Positions 1 through 11,777 of a stretch of DNA of 64,000 nucleotides are shown here, in pieces (the stretch's first letter is position 1; the number at the start of each line of letters is the position of its first letter). Position numbers and translations under genes: made by a program. The stretch is from an uncultured Planctomycetota bacterium (GTDB taxonomy: Bacteria; Planctomycetota; Planctomycetia; Gemmatales; Gemmataceae), in NCBI GenBank assembly GCA_963849325.1, contig CAWKHF010000004.1, forward strand, positions 160,001 to 224,000, given 5' to 3'. The notes beneath the pieces were generated by a model. The model did not search any database. It saw nothing but the letters and a program-made list of their open reading frames with translations, and was not told the origin of the DNA.

Positions 1-552
1 CAGCACGCCATGCAGGAGGCGCTGTACGGCCCGCTCGGCGCCAACACCGTGCCGCCGCGACAAAGGCACTTCGCCGTCAAGACGGAGCTGCCTAGCTATG
101 CCGAGCAGATCGCCGACTTGAAGAAACAGGGGGCAAAGTTGGTGACGGTGTTCGGCATCGGCCGCGTCTGTCACATCGCCTTCTGGGAGCCGCACTTCGC
201 CGCTGAGTTCGCCGGCGAGGCGGAGTGGAAGAGGCAGACCCATCGGCTCGGGGCACGACTGCATCCGTTGACCATCGAGCAGAACGCGCTGACCAGCTTC
301 CGCAGCCGGACGACGTTGGTGCCCGCGTTCGCCAATACCATCGGGCCGGCGCTGTTTCTGGCCGCTGACCGCATCATCGGCGGCGCCGACGGCGTGCTCG
401 GCCGCGGCATGCAGTGGCAAGGGCTGTCGCTGCGCATGACGCTGCTACACGAACCGACGCCGTGGATACCCAGCAGCTACATGCCGACGTTGCCGGGGAG
501 ATTGTTTTATCTGCGCGAGCTGGGTGAGCCGCTGACAGCGGAGTGTCATTAA
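1..552 (+). CDS. Glucosamine-6-phosphate deaminase/isomerase (NagB)-like protein, 5' truncated by window
   Basis: Open frame from base 1; [13 protein letters not shown] resembles the NagB GIGxNGHIAFNEP motif. Confidence 0.65.
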   Translation, partial: QHAMQEALYGPLGANTVPPRQRHFAVKTELPSYAEQIADLKKQGAKLVTVFGIGRVCHIAFWEPHFAAEFAGEAEWKRQTHRLGARLHPLTIEQNALTSFRSRTTLVPAFANTIGPALFLAADRIIGGADGVLGRGMQWQGLSLRMTLLHEPTPWIPSSYMPTLPGRLFYLRELGEPLTAECH

Positions 553-557
553 ATCCT

Positions 558-614
558 GTTTAGCCGCGACGCGCAGCGGAGCGCGAACGCGCTCCGCTGC
601 GCGTCGCGGCTAAC
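558..614. repeat. REP-like palindrome family A (GTTTAGCCGCGACGCGCAGCGGAGCGCG ... reverse complement)
   Basis: Long inverted repeat; related copies at 11778, 32561, 33068 and 43628. Confidence 0.9.
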
Positions 615-2560
615 CGAAGGGCGATGCCGTCAACGGCAGCTCCACCCGAAAACAGGCGCCGCGGCCCGTGGGGCTGGTCTGCAAACTCAGCCGGCCTCCG
701 AGCAGCTGCGTCCAGCGCCGCGCCAGCGCCAGCCCCAAACCGACGCCGCCGGCCGTCTCGTCGGCGCCGCGTCCGCGACGGAAGGCGCGGAAGATCAATC
801 GTCGGTCCTTCACCGGCACGCCTGGCCCGCGATCCTCGATCTCGAACAGCAGTCGGCCCTCGCTCCGCGCGCAGCCACAGTCGGCGGTCCTCGGCGCCGC
901 GGCTGTACTTGCAGGCGTTGTCGATCAGGTTGCCGAGCACTTGCCGCACCAGTTCGCGGTCGGTCCACAGCGCCGCGTCCGCCGGCAGCGTGTTCTCGAC
1001 GATCAGTTCCTTCTCGGCATCCTGACAGCGGCCGGCCCAGGCGGCGCGCACCTGTTCGAGCAGATCGCCGAGGAATACCTGGCTGTGATGGAGACGCGGC
1101 CGTTGGCTCTCCAGGCGCGAGAAGTCGAGCACGTTGCCGACCAGGCGGTTGAGCCGGTCGGTCTCGGCGTGCAGCGTGTGGATGTACTCGTTGCGTTGTT
1201 TGTCGTCGCGTACCAGGCCGTTGACCAGCATGTCGAGGTAAAGCCGCAATGTTGTCAGTGGCGTCCGCAATTCGTGGGTGACGGCCGACACAAAACGGAT
1301 GCGGCGCTCCGACAGGTCCAACAGCGACCAGCCGCCCAGGCCGACGGCCAGCAAGGCGAAGAGGGCCGCCAGCCAGGCCAGGGCCAGGCCGATGCGCAGC
1401 GGCGTCCAGCCGGGGTCGGCCGGCGACGCCGACGGGCCGGGGTCCAGCTGCAAGGGCAGGGCCGTCATGGTGCGCTCCGGCTGCGACGGCACCGCCTCGC
1501 GCATCGGCACCACCTTCGCCTCGGGGAACAGGTCGGCCACTTCGTGGGCGAGCATCTCCTGCAACGCCGGGCCGTCGAGTACGATGCCCTGGCAGATGTC
1601 GGTGTCCTCGATGCGGACCAGGCGAAAGAGGACGAGATGTTCCGGACCCGCCGGTGTCTCCAGCCAGAGGGGGACCATCGGACTGAGGTGTACCAAGACC
1701 TCGGTTCCCGCCGAGCGCGAAGGAGCCAGCGGCGCGAACCAGTTGGCCCCATTGCCGGGCACGGTGTTGAGGGCCAGGTCTTTCGGCACGCGCTTGGGGC
1801 TCTTGCCCTCGTTGAGCAAGCGGTTCTGCTGATCGCGGCGAGTGTTGTACTCCTGGGCCAGCGCCTGGTTCGGATAGGAATTCGTTCCCTGGGCCATCTG
1901 GGCGGTATTATCCAAGTTCAGCAGGTAGGGACCGGATTGCCCGGCGGGGTTGACCGCGTTGTCCAGATTGTTCTGGGCCAGCAATACGGCCGTGTCGCGC
2001 ACCGTGGCCGGCTGGGTGTGCTCGGCGGCTCGCTCCAACAGGTCGGCGACGGGCAGCTGCCGCGTCAACTCGGCCAGTAGACGCTGTCGCGCGGGAGTGA
2101 CGTTGTTCAGCGTCAGCTTGCCATGGATGCCGTTCAGCAACCGGGTGAGCTTGGGCGACAGCACCTGCGGCGATTCCCAGCCGACCGTCCGGTTGGTCTG
2201 GAAGTGCAGCAGCATCCACGGGGGCAATTCGGTATTCAACAGGGGCGAGGGTTCCAGGACGCTGCCGCTCGAACAGCAGACGCCGAAATTGTTCAACGCC
2301 AGCGGAAGGGGATAGACGGCACTGTAATGGTTGAAGGGACGACTGTCCTCGCGGGCCAACAGAGGCGAGACGCGGCTATCGAGCCGCCACAGCGCCAGCC
2401 GCAGCAGATTGCCGCGCTCGGACTCGACGCGCTGTTCCAGCTGTTCGCGCTCCAGGCGCAGGGCGGCGGCGGTGGCCCAACCCAGACCACCCGCCACCAG
2501 GCCGGCGATCATCGCGAAGCTGAACAATCCCGCGGGTTTGCCGCGCAGCCAAGGTCTCAT
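610..2560 (-). CDS. Membrane sensor histidine kinase (HisKA-HATPase_c), one frameshift near 850
   Basis: Two TM segments, H-box VTHELRTPLT, N-box NLIDNACKY; G-box GGVGLGLALAR continues in the 610..819 frame. Confidence 0.9.
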
Positions 2561-3300
2561 GAGTGTCCCTCCTTGTCGAACGATGGCTCCAGCGGCGTCA
2601 ACTCGGGTGCGGCCATGTAGCCGTGGGCGCGGACGGTGAGGATGGCCTCAGGCGTCTCGCGGCCGGACGGATCGCGCAGCTTGGTTCGCAGTCGGGCGAT
2701 GTGCATGTCGATGGTGCGTGTCTCCAGCCCTTGCGGCTCGATGCCCCAGAGGCGCGTCAGCAGTTCCTCGCGCGACACGGCCCGCTTGCGGTGCGCCACC
2801 AGGAAGCCGAGGATGGCGCTCTCCGTCTCCGACAGCTCGCCGCGTTCCTTGGTGGACCAGCAGATTTCGCGGCGCTCCAGGTCGATGACGGCGCGGCCCA
2901 GCCGTGCCCCTCGCACCTCGGCGGGCCGGCCCAGTGAGCGGCGCAGCACCGCCTCGACGCGGGCCAGCAATTCGCGGGCGGAGAACGGCTTGACCACGTA
3001 ATCGTCGGCCCCCATTTTGAGACCGCGCACCCGGTCGTCTTCCGTGCCGCGCGCCGTGAGGATGATGACCGGCAAGGTGGCACGGACGCGGCGCAGCTCC
3101 TGGAGCACGTCCAGGCCATCTCGGCGCGGCAGCAGCAGGTCGAGCAGCACCAGATCGACGCCCGGCCGAATCGCCTCGGTCAATCCCTTATCGCCATCGC
3201 CGGCCTCGGCGACCTCGTAGCCGGACGCGCGCAGGGCATCGGCGATGCCGCGGCGAATGGGCTGCTCGTCCTCGACGATCACGATACGGGCGCGGTGCAT
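2557..3300 (-). CDS. OmpR/PhoB-family response regulator
   Basis: Receiver motifs IVEDE, LLDLLLP, ILTAR, VVKPF plus winged-helix RTIDMHIARLRTKL; 4-nt overlap with kinase. Confidence 0.95.
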   Translation of the reverse strand: MHRARIVIVEDEQPIRRGIADALRASGYEVAEAGDGDKGLTEAIRPGVDLVLLDLLLPRRDGLDVLQELRRVRATLPVIILTARGTEDDRVRGLKMGADDYVVKPFSARELLARVEAVLRRSLGRPAEVRGARLGRAVIDLERREICWSTKERGELSETESAILGFLVAHRKRAVSREELLTRLWGIEPQGLETRTIDMHIARLRTKLRDPSGRETPEAILTVRAHGYMAAPELTPLEPSFDKEGHS

Positions 3301-3326
3301 AACTCATTACCCCGTGCATGGAAGAG

Positions 3327-3458
3327 AAAAACCACGAATCACACGAATCACACGAATAAAGACCAAGAAAGATCGGCAGGCATTGCCTTGTCTCTCCATT
3401 TTGAGGGTCCGCTCATCCCCTGGTTTTTTGTCTTTTATTCGTGTGATTCGTGGTTTTT
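3327..3458. repeat. Nonamer-based palindromic element (ACCACGAATCACACGAATCACACGAAT ... ATTCGTGTGATTCGTGGT)
   Basis: Inverted arms built from CACGAATCA units; same architecture as 44734..44868. Confidence 0.8.
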
Positions 3459-3490
3459 CTGCTTCGATCTCCCTCAAGCCCGATGGAGCT

Positions 3491-3534
3491 ATTGTAACCG
3501 CTCTCGCCGCCTCGCTCTGTAACGAGATGGTAAC
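3491..3534 (-). promoter_or_regulatory. Putative promoter of the two-component operon with OmpR-type direct repeats
   Basis: Minus-strand TACAAT at 3491-3496; GTAAC repeats at 3519 and 3530 (11-bp spacing) at and just upstream of the -35 position. Confidence 0.45.
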
Positions 3535-3834
3535 GAAGCCCTGTTTTCTCCAGATACGCTTCATGAAACGACCTTGACCGATTGAGCAGTCGGGACTATA
3601 CGCGGTTCGACTTTCCATCGGAACCTTGAGTGAAAAGAAACGACTAAAGTTTCCAGGCCGGGTCCGCAGCGCGATCACGATGAGAATGCTGTACCGGCGA
3701 GACGTGGAGGCGAGTCCACGACGGAGACCGGGGGGTCTCCGAAGAAGATAGGGCAAGGGGGTCTCCTCGGATTGCTGAGTTCACATCAGCAATCGGCAAT
3801 CCGAGAGGCGGCGCATTCCATGAAGGAGGCGAGG

Positions 3835-6800
3835 GTGGCTAGGGCAAACAAGCGAAAATGGGTCAACCTCGTTGCCGGCCTGCTCGTGGGCACGGCAGCG
3901 CAACCGCTGGCATTGTTCGCCGGCCCGGACATCGGCCTCTCCTCCCTGCAGCTCCACGCCGACCGCGAGGAGTTGGTCGTGGCCCAGTTTAGCGGCGGCC
4001 CGTCGCGCGCCCACGTCGCGCTCAACGGTGCCATCGACGCGCAGCGGTTGGGCGATCTCGACACCGCCGCCGCCCTCTTCCGCGAGGCACAAGCGCGGCA
4101 AAACGACCTGACCCCGGATGAGCGCCGCGATCTCGACCGTCTGCTGGCGGCCAACGCCCTGGCCCTGCAGGCGCGGCGCGATGCCCGCGAACAGCTGGGT
4201 CAAGCGGAGACGGCCTTGCTCCAGGGCCGCGCCGCCGACGCCGCCGTCCTCATCAAGAGGATCACCGCCAACGAGCTGTATCTCAGTGCCGCCGACAAAC
4301 AGCGCTTCCGGGCGTTGTGCCAGAAACTGCACGTTCAGCCGGCCGCCTCCGCGGGTGTGCCCACGGGCAACCCCACCGCGCAGGCCCATGCCAAATTACA
4401 GGCGGCCCGCGCCGAACTGTCCAAGACCAACCTCAACGCCGCCGAAGCTCTGACTCGTGAGGCCGAACAGCTCCACGGAAACTTCGGACCCAACGAGGAT
4501 TCGCCCCGCCGGATGCTCGAAGATCTCGATAAGGCTCGCAAAGATCCCCGCACCATGCTCCTGGCCGCGCGCGCCGCCCTGCAGCGCGGCGAACTGGACC
4601 ATGCCGAGCAATTCGCCCACACCGCCGAGCAAATCGGCTCTACCTTCACCTTCCCCGTCTGGGGCGATACGCCAGGGAAAGCCCTCAAGGACATCCAGAC
4701 CGCCCGCGCTGCCGCCGGTTCGCAGAAGGCCGCCGCGCCAGCGACGGCGGCGAGCGTTCCCTCCGAGCAGGCCGTCCACACCGAGAAGGCCCGCGCCTTG
4801 ATCCTGCAAGGGCGGAAGGCCCTGGCCGCCGGAGACACCGCTCAGGCGCGCAAGTGCGCCGAGCAGGCTGCCGCCCTCAAGGCCGACCTGCACTGGGTTG
4901 AAGACAACCCCGCCAAGCTGCTCGACGACATCGCCCGCGCCGACACCAAGGCGGGGCCAGTGCCGGGCGCACCCTCTCCCACCGCCTCGGTACGCACCAA
5001 GGAGGATGGACTCGCCTTGCTGCAGAAAGGCCGCGAGCAGCTGGCCCACGGCGAGCTCGAGGAGGCCAACAAGACGGCGGCTCGGTTGCACGCCGCCAAA
5101 CATCTTCACTGGGGCCTGTTCTTCGAGGACACGCCCGACAAGCTCCAGGCCAACGTCGATCATGCCCGCGCCCAGCGCAGCAAGGAGAAGTCCGTCGAGC
5201 TGATGGCCGAGGCCCGCCGCCGCTTCGAGAAGAAGGATTACGACGGCGCCGAAAAGCTCGCTTACGAGGCCCAGAAACTGCACGGCAGTTACAGCATCTG
5301 GGATCTCGGCGACCGCCCAAGCAAGCTGCTGGCCAACGTCCAATCGCAGCGGCTGAAGGAGCGGCGCGTCAAGCTGCCTGATCCGCCCGTGATGGCCAAG
5401 GGAGAGGCCGACCTCAGCCACGGCCCGCTGGCCCAGCTCGACAAGAAGCCGGACACGCCGCCGTCGCCAAACGTGGCGCAGGCACGGCTGCTGCTGGCCG
5501 ACGCGCGGACTGCGCTGCGCACCGGCGACACCGCCAAGGCGCGTGCCCTTGCCGATCAGGTGCGCGACATGCACATCGCCTGGAACAACCCCGGCGACGA
5601 CACGCCCGAGAACATTTACCGCGAAATCGACCGCCTGTCTCCGGCACGTCCGCCGGTGGCAGCGATGTCGCCCGCGGCGCTGCTCGCCAACAAGCCGTCC
5701 GCGCCGCCTGCGGCGACGGTCGCCGAGAAGCCGCCCCACCCGACGCCGGTCCCCCTGCCGGGTAGCGATGTCCGGTCGGCCCACGCGCGGGCCTGGCAGC
5801 TGATGGCCGATGCCCGCATGATGCAACGACAAAATCGACTCATCGAGGCCCGCGACAAGATCGTCGAGGCGCAAAAGCTCGGCGTCGCCTTCCGTCCCGA
5901 TGAGGAAACGCCCGATCAGATCTATCAGCAGATCGCCTTCCTCGCCCGTCAGCGCATCGACAGCCTGCTTACCCACGCCAACGAGACTGTCCGCTTCGGC
6001 ACGCAGGCGCCCGCCGTCCGTCGTCAGGCAGCCGAGAAGGATCTGGCGCAGGCCCGGCAGCTCGCCGTCGCCTTCGGTCAGGATACCCAGCCGATCGAGC
6101 GCACTCTGCTGTTGGCCCAGCAGCTGAACGGCATGGGCGGCGTCACGCTCGTCGCCACACCGCCGGCGACCGGCGGCATGTTGCCGCCGGCGAGCATCGA
6201 GAAGGGTGGACCTTCCGCCGTCCCGGCGCCGGCCTCCCCGCAGGCCCGTGGGATGAAGCTGCTCGACGACGCGCGGCTGGAGCTGAGGGCGGGGCAGACG
6301 GCCACGGCGCGGCGCCTGGCCGAGGAAGCCTGCAACTACGGCGTGCGCGATCAGGCCCTGGCCGTGCTGCGCAGCATCGACACCGAGGAATTCAACCAGC
6401 GTTGTCTGCAAGCCAATCACGCCTTCAGCGCCGTGGTCGCCGCCTACAATCGCCACGAGTACCATCAGGCCGGCTTGCTGCTGGCGGCCATCGACATCAA
6501 ACTGCTCGACGGCCCGCGACAGAGCCGGCTCCGCGAGATCCTCAGCACGCCCGAGATGCAGCCGGCCGCTCGCGGCATGGCGATCGCCCTCACCAGCGGC
6601 CAGGCCACGGAGCCGGGCGACAAGACCGCCGGTCCTGCGTTCAACCCGCAACTCAACCAGGCGCCGAACGCTGCCAGCGTGGGCAAGGCGCGGGCCACGG
6701 ACGCCCCCGACCAGTCGCTGCTGGCACGCACCCGCGCCCTGCGCGAGGTCAAGTTCCAGCAGCTTCGTCAGAAGAGCATGGACGTGCAGACGCAGGCACT

Positions 6801-9130
6801 GGACCGTTTCCGCAGCGGACAAACCGATGCCGCCGTGGACATGCTCCAGGACTATCTCGTCGAGTTGTCGCAGGAACAGCTCGACGCCGGCCAGTTGACC
6901 TTGCTGCGCCGCCCGATCGAATCGCGCGTGCAGCAGTTCCGCCTCATGAAGGCGCAGGTGGACTTCGCCAACCAGTCCACCGCCTCGCTCAAACAGAGCA
7001 AGAACGAACGCCTCAAGTTCCAGAACGCCGAGCAGGTCAAACAGAAGAACGTGGCCGAGTTGATGAAACAGTACAACGAACTGTTCAAGACCGGCAAGTA
7101 CTCCGAGGCCGAGGCCCTGGCCCTGCGCGTCAAGGAGCTGGACCCCGACAACCCCATGGCCACCGCCGCCATCACCATCGCCCGCACCCAGCGCCGCAAG
7201 GACGAGTATGAAACCAACAAGGAGAACAAGGAAAAACTGTTCCTCGATGCCATGAACGAGACCGACCGGCAAGGGGACTCCAAGGCGATCAAGAGCGGCA
7301 TCACCTTCGAGGAGGATCGCGAGCGCCTGGCCATCATCCGGGGCCGCAAAAATCTCAACGATTTGACCCTGCCCATGCCGCGCAAGACGGCGGAAGAACG
7401 GGAGATCGAGCGCAAGCTGAATTCGCCGGTGAATTTGAACTTCACCAATGCGCCGCTGCGGCAAGTCATCGACGACCTGCGTGCCTTCAAGGCCGTCAAC
7501 ATCTACGTCGATGATTCGGCCCTGGGCGAGAAGGGCATCAGCCAGGACATGCCGGTCAGCATCAAGCTCGAGAACATCTCGCTCAAGTCGGCCCTGAACC
7601 TGCTGCTGCACTCGGTCCACCTGACGTACTTCGTCAAGGACGACGTGCTGCAGATCACCACCGAGGACCAGGCGCGCGGCAAGCTGGAACCGAAGGTCTA
7701 CCAGGTGACCGATCTGGTCCTGGCCGTGGAGAATTTCGGCCAGGTCGGACAGACGGCACCGTCGCAGCTGGGCATCGAGAACGTCAACCAGCCGGTGACG
7801 GGCGCGCCGTCGCCGGTGACGGGTCCGTACTCGCTCAATGGCGGTCAGCCGGTCGGGGCGCCGATGGGCGGCTCGCTGTCCCACGGCGGCGGAGCCTTCG
7901 CGTCCGACCCCACGAACTCCGGCCAGCCACAGATCACCAAGCAACGCTCGCAAACCAACGAGGAAATGCTCATCAAGCTCATTACCAACACCATCGCGCC
8001 GCGTAGCTGGGGCGAGCAGGGCGGGCCGGGCACCATCGAGTATTTCCCCCTGACGATGTCGCTGGTGATCAACCAGACGCCGGACATCCAGGATCAGGTC
8101 GCCGACCTGCTGGCGGCCCTGCGCCGTCTGCAGGACCAGGAGGTGGCCGTCGAGGTCAAGTTCATCAGCATCGCCGAGGACTTCTTCGAGCGGATCGGCG
8201 TCAACTTCAATCTGAACATCGTCAACAAGAACAGCACCAAGTATCAGCCGCAGTCTGACTTCCGGCGATTTCCAACAGGCCGGCTACATCAACCAGTTCG
8301 TGCCGAGTAACTTCATCTCCGGCCTGACACCGGCCGGCACCCTGACGAGCGACCTGAACATTCCGATCACGACCAACACCTACAACCAGGCCATTCCGCC
8401 GTTCGGCGGCTATCCCGGCGTGCCCGGCTTCGGGGGTCTGACGCTGGGTTTGGCCTTCCTCAGCGACATCCAGGTGTTCCTATTCATGGAGGCCGTCCAG
8501 GGCGACATCCGCTCCAACGTCATGCAGGCGCCCAAGCTGACGCTGTTCAACGGTCAGACCGGCACCATCCTGGTGCAGGACTTCCAGTTCTTCGTGATCG
8601 GCGTGCAGGTGGTGCCGCAGTTGGGCCAATTCACTTACTTCCCGCAAACGTCGTTATTCCCCCTGGGCGTATCCTTGACCATCCAGGCGGTCATCTCGGC
8701 GGATCGACGTTTCGTACGCCTGTCGCTGACGCCGAGCATGTCGAACCTGGTCAACGGCGAAATCAACCTGTTCCCGGTGGTGACGCCGATCTTCCCACTG
8801 TTCGACGGCACGGCGACCGGCCAGCCGGTGGTCTTCACGCAATTCGTGCAGCAGCCGCGCTTGACGCGCGTGTCGGTGCAGACGACCGTGGCCGTACCCG
8901 ATGGCGGCACCGTACTCATGGGTGGCCTGAAGCGCCTGTCCGAGGGCCGCAACGAGTTCGGGCCGCCGGTGCTCAGCAAGATCCCGTACTTGAATCGTCT
9001 GTTCCGCAACCAGGCCTACGGACGGTCGGCCGAGAGCTTGCTCATCATGGTCACGCCGCGCATCATCATCCAGGCCGAAGAGGAAGAGCGGCAGACCGGC
9101 TACGTGGCCCCGCCGCCGGTCATTCCGTAG
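3835..9130 (+). CDS. Very large secretin (type II/III secretion system GspD/PilQ-like) with N-terminal helical repeats; frameshift near 8255
   Basis: STN-like VNLNFTNAPLRQVIDDL, N3 domain LVINQTPDIQDQVADLLAALRR, secretin C-terminus VPDGGTVLMGG...PVLSKIPYLNRLF...LLIMVTPRII; start could also be ATG 3820. Confidence 0.85.
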
Positions 9131-9157
9131 TTCTGAGTTCTGAGTTCTGAGTGAAAA

Positions 9158-9207
9158 CGCCGGGCGGCGAGCAGGTATCCCGAACTGCTCGCCGCCCGGT
9201 GTCTTTT
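9158..9207 (+). terminator. Intrinsic, probably bidirectional, terminator
   Basis: Stem CGCCGGGCGGCGAGCAG/CTGCTCGCCGCCCGGTG followed by TCTTTT and preceded by AAAA, between convergent genes. Confidence 0.75.
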
Positions 9208-9212
9208 ACTCA

Positions 9213-9359
9213 GTGTCTGTCCGGTAAGCCCCTCTCCCCCGGTACTCCGGGGGAGAGGGGTTGGGGTGAGGGGGTGCGGTTTCCGCAGGTTTGCCGCCCC
9301 CTCACCCCCAACCCCTCTCCCCTGAGTACGGGGGAGAGGGGGGCTTAGGGGACCGACTC
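9213..9359. mobile_element. MITE-like composite: imperfect ~16-bp terminal IRs around a CCCCTCACCCCCAACCCCTCTCCCC-type palindrome, TCA duplication
   Basis: GTGTCTGTCCGGTAAG vs reverse complement GAGTCGGTCCCCTAAG; TCA at 9210-9212 and 9360-9362; removal restores an ACTCAGA heptamer run complementary to (TCTGAGT)3 at 9132. Confidence 0.6.
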
Positions 9360-9376
9360 TCAGAACTCAGAACTTC

Positions 9377-10633
9377 TCAGAGGCGTTCCGGCAGCAGCAA
9401 GACGGCGGGAGACTGCAACTGTCGCAGAATGGCGTTGGCGAACACGGCACCGACGGCGCCGTCGATGACGCGATGGTCGAACGACAACGACAGATACACG
9501 AGGTCGGCGGGGCGGACCTGGCCGGCGTCGTAGACGGGCCGCTTGACCACGCGGCCGATGCCGAGGATCGCCACTTCCGGGGGATTGATGACCGGCGTGG
9601 CGATCAGACCGCCGAGGTTGCCGACCGAGGTGATGGTGAAGGTGCCGCCGATCAGGTCTTCGCGGCGCGACTTGCCGGCACGGGCGGCGCTGCTCAAGCG
9701 TTCGATCTCGCGGGCGAGGTCGCCGATGTCCTTGTGGTCGGCGTCGTGAAGGACGGGCACCATCAGCCCCGAAGGCGTGGCCACGGCGATGCCGATGTGG
9801 TAGCGATCGTGCAGCACAATCTCGTCGGTCGTCTCATCGAGGCTGGCGTTGACGAGCGGCACTTCCTTCAGGGCGGCGACGACGGCTTTGATGAAGAAGG
9901 CCAGGTAGGTCAGCTTGACGCCGGCGCGAGCGTAGGTGTCGCGCAGGCTTTCGCGCAGCTTGACCAGGTCGGTGACGTCGCATTCCTCGACGTAGCTGTA
10001 ATGAGGAATGGTCCGTTTGGACAGCACCATGCGCTGAGCGATGGTGCGGCGCAGCCCCTGCATTTTGAGGCGCGTGCCGGGTTTGCCGTAATCTCGTTCG
10101 ACCTCGGCCGGCGTGGTCGCGGCTGTCGGCGACGCCGGCGCCGGCATCCGCGGAGTCAGATCCTCGATCAGGATGCGTCCCTCGGGTCCGCTGCCGTGGA
10201 CCGCGCCCAGGTCGATGCCGAGCTTGCGAGCCAGGTGCCGCACGGAAGGGGCGGCCTTGACGGGCAGGGGACCGCGCTCGGTCGGCCGCGCGGGACCGTT
10301 ATGGTTGGCCGACTCCGTGCGCAAGGGGCGCGTCATGGTCTCGGCGGCCTTCCCCGTCGCCGCGACCGCGACCGTCTGTCCCGACGTTGCCGCCGGCTGC
10401 CGGGCGCTGTCGTAAGTGAGCAGGACCTGGCCGACCTTGATCTGCTGACCGGGCTGAACGCGCAGGCCGGTGATCGTCCCGGGGAAGGGCGACGGCACTT
10501 CCATGGTGGCCTTGTCGGTCATGACCTCGGCGAGGGGCTGACCACGCTTGACGGCATCGCCGGGCTGCACCAGCCAGCGGATCAGCTCGGCCTCGTACAC
10601 GCCTTCGCCGATTTCGGGCAGTGCGAAGTCCAT
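9377..10633 (-). CDS. 2-oxoacid dehydrogenase E2 (dihydrolipoamide acyltransferase)
   Basis: Lipoyl domain EVMTDKATMEV, E3-binding AAPSVRHLARKLGIDL, catalytic SFDHRVIDGA. Confidence 0.95.
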   Translation of the reverse strand: MDFALPEIGEGVYEAELIRWLVQPGDAVKRGQPLAEVMTDKATMEVPSPFPGTITGLRVQPGQQIKVGQVLLTYDSARQPAATSGQTVAVAATGKAAETMTRPLRTESANHNGPARPTERGPLPVKAAPSVRHLARKLGIDLGAVHGSGPEGRILIEDLTPRMPAPASPTAATTPAEVERDYGKPGTRLKMQGLRRTIAQRMVLSKRTIPHYSYVEECDVTDLVKLRESLRDTYARAGVKLTYLAFFIKAVVAALKEVPLVNASLDETTDEIVLHDRYHIGIAVATPSGLMVPVLHDADHKDIGDLAREIERLSSAARAGKSRREDLIGGTFTITSVGNLGGLIATPVINPPEVAILGIGRVVKRPVYDAGQVRPADLVYLSLSFDHRVIDGAVGAVFANAILRQLQSPAVLLLPERL

Positions 10634-10651
10634 GAAGGGAATCCTCCCGAG

Positions 10652-10697
10652 CGCTTGCGGCTTAGCACGATGAGGGAAGAGCGCTAAGCCGCAAGCG
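10652..10697. repeat. REP-like palindrome family B (CGCTTGCGGCTTAGC ... GCTAAGCCGCAAGCG)
   Basis: 15-bp inverted repeat; second copy at 34426..34566. Confidence 0.8.
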
Positions 10698-10702
10698 GCC
10701 GA

Positions 10703-11764
10703 TCATGCCGCTTCCGTGACGACGGCGTGCAGGGCGTCCTTGATGTTGGGCAGCTGCGGCACGGTATTCTGCTCGTACACGTGGTTCAGTCCGATGCCCG
10801 GCACGTGCTTGCCGGCCACCAGGCGCGGCCGAACCAGCAGATCGTAGAAATGTTCGTCGATGATCCGCCTCAGCAGGTGTTCGCCGTAGTTGGTCACTTC
10901 CGTGTCCTCGTTGACGATCAGCAGCCGGCCGGTCTTCTGGACGCTGGTGCTGATGGCCTTCCAATCGTAGGGGAAGATGCTGCGCAGGTCGAGCACGTCG
11001 CAGCGGCGGCCGGTCTCCTCCGCCAACTCGTCGGCCGCCTGCACGCATAGGGGTAGGGTCCGGCCATAGCTGACGACCGTGACGTCGGCTCCCTCGCGGA
11101 CCAGCGACGCCACGCCGATCGGCACATAATGGGGTCGTAGGTCCGGCCAGCGCGGCTGCCAGCCGGCGCGGTCGCCGACCGGGGCGTCGATGCGCTCCTT
11201 CAACTCCTGCTCGCTGTCCGGCTCGCCGGGGATCTTGTGTTCGCCGCGCATGCGCAGCAGTGCCTTGGGCAGCAGCACGAGCACCGGGTTGGGATCGATG
11301 ATGGCCGACAGCATCAGCCCGTAGGCGTCGAGCGGATTGCTGGGCATGACGATCTTCCAGCCAGCCAGCCGGCTCGCCCAGCTCTCGAAGGAGTGCGAGT
11401 GGTACAGGCTGCCGCGGATGCCCGAGCCGCTCGGCGTCATGAGCACAAGGGGCATCTCGTAGTTGCCGGTGCTGGCCCAGCGCTGGTTGCCGGCCACTTT
11501 GAGCAGGTCGATCGTGTTAAAGCCGTAATCGCAGAACTGGATCTCGGCGACCGGCCGACCGCCGGCATAGGCGATGCCCATCGCCGTGCCGATAATGCCG
11601 CGCTCGTCCAGAGGCGAGTTCCACGCCGTCTTGAGTCCCTGCGTGGCCGTGAAGACGCCGCCCAGCGGCGGACCCACGTCCTCGCCGAAAACGTCGGTGA
11701 CGCCGAGATGTTCCTCGCCGTAGTGCAGGGCCAGACGGACGGCTTGAACCAGCGTGGCCATCAA
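10703..11764 (-). CDS. 2-oxoacid dehydrogenase E1 beta subunit (branched-chain type likely)
   Basis: FGEDV...GGVF, NSPLDERGIIG, AEIQFCDY, HSHSFE, DLRSIFPYD. Confidence 0.92.
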   Translation of the reverse strand: MMATLVQAVRLALHYGEEHLGVTDVFGEDVGPPLGGVFTATQGLKTAWNSPLDERGIIGTAMGIAYAGGRPVAEIQFCDYGFNTIDLLKVAGNQRWASTGNYEMPLVLMTPSGSGIRGSLYHSHSFESWASRLAGWKIVMPSNPLDAYGLMLSAIIDPNPVLVLLPKALLRMRGEHKIPGEPDSEQELKERIDAPVGDRAGWQPRWPDLRPHYVPIGVASLVREGADVTVVSYGRTLPLCVQAADELAEETGRRCDVLDLRSIFPYDWKAISTSVQKTGRLLIVNEDTEVTNYGEHLLRRIIDEHFYDLLVRPRLVAGKHVPGIGLNHVYEQNTVPQLPNIKDALHAVVTEAA

Positions 11765-11777
11765 ACCCTCGATCCAA

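Noticed and set aside
4396-7953. Long antisense ORFs (also 23455..25785, 41112..43061, 61805..63994 and others)
   Set aside because: Shadow frames of real genes in high-GC DNA, with no recognisable motifs
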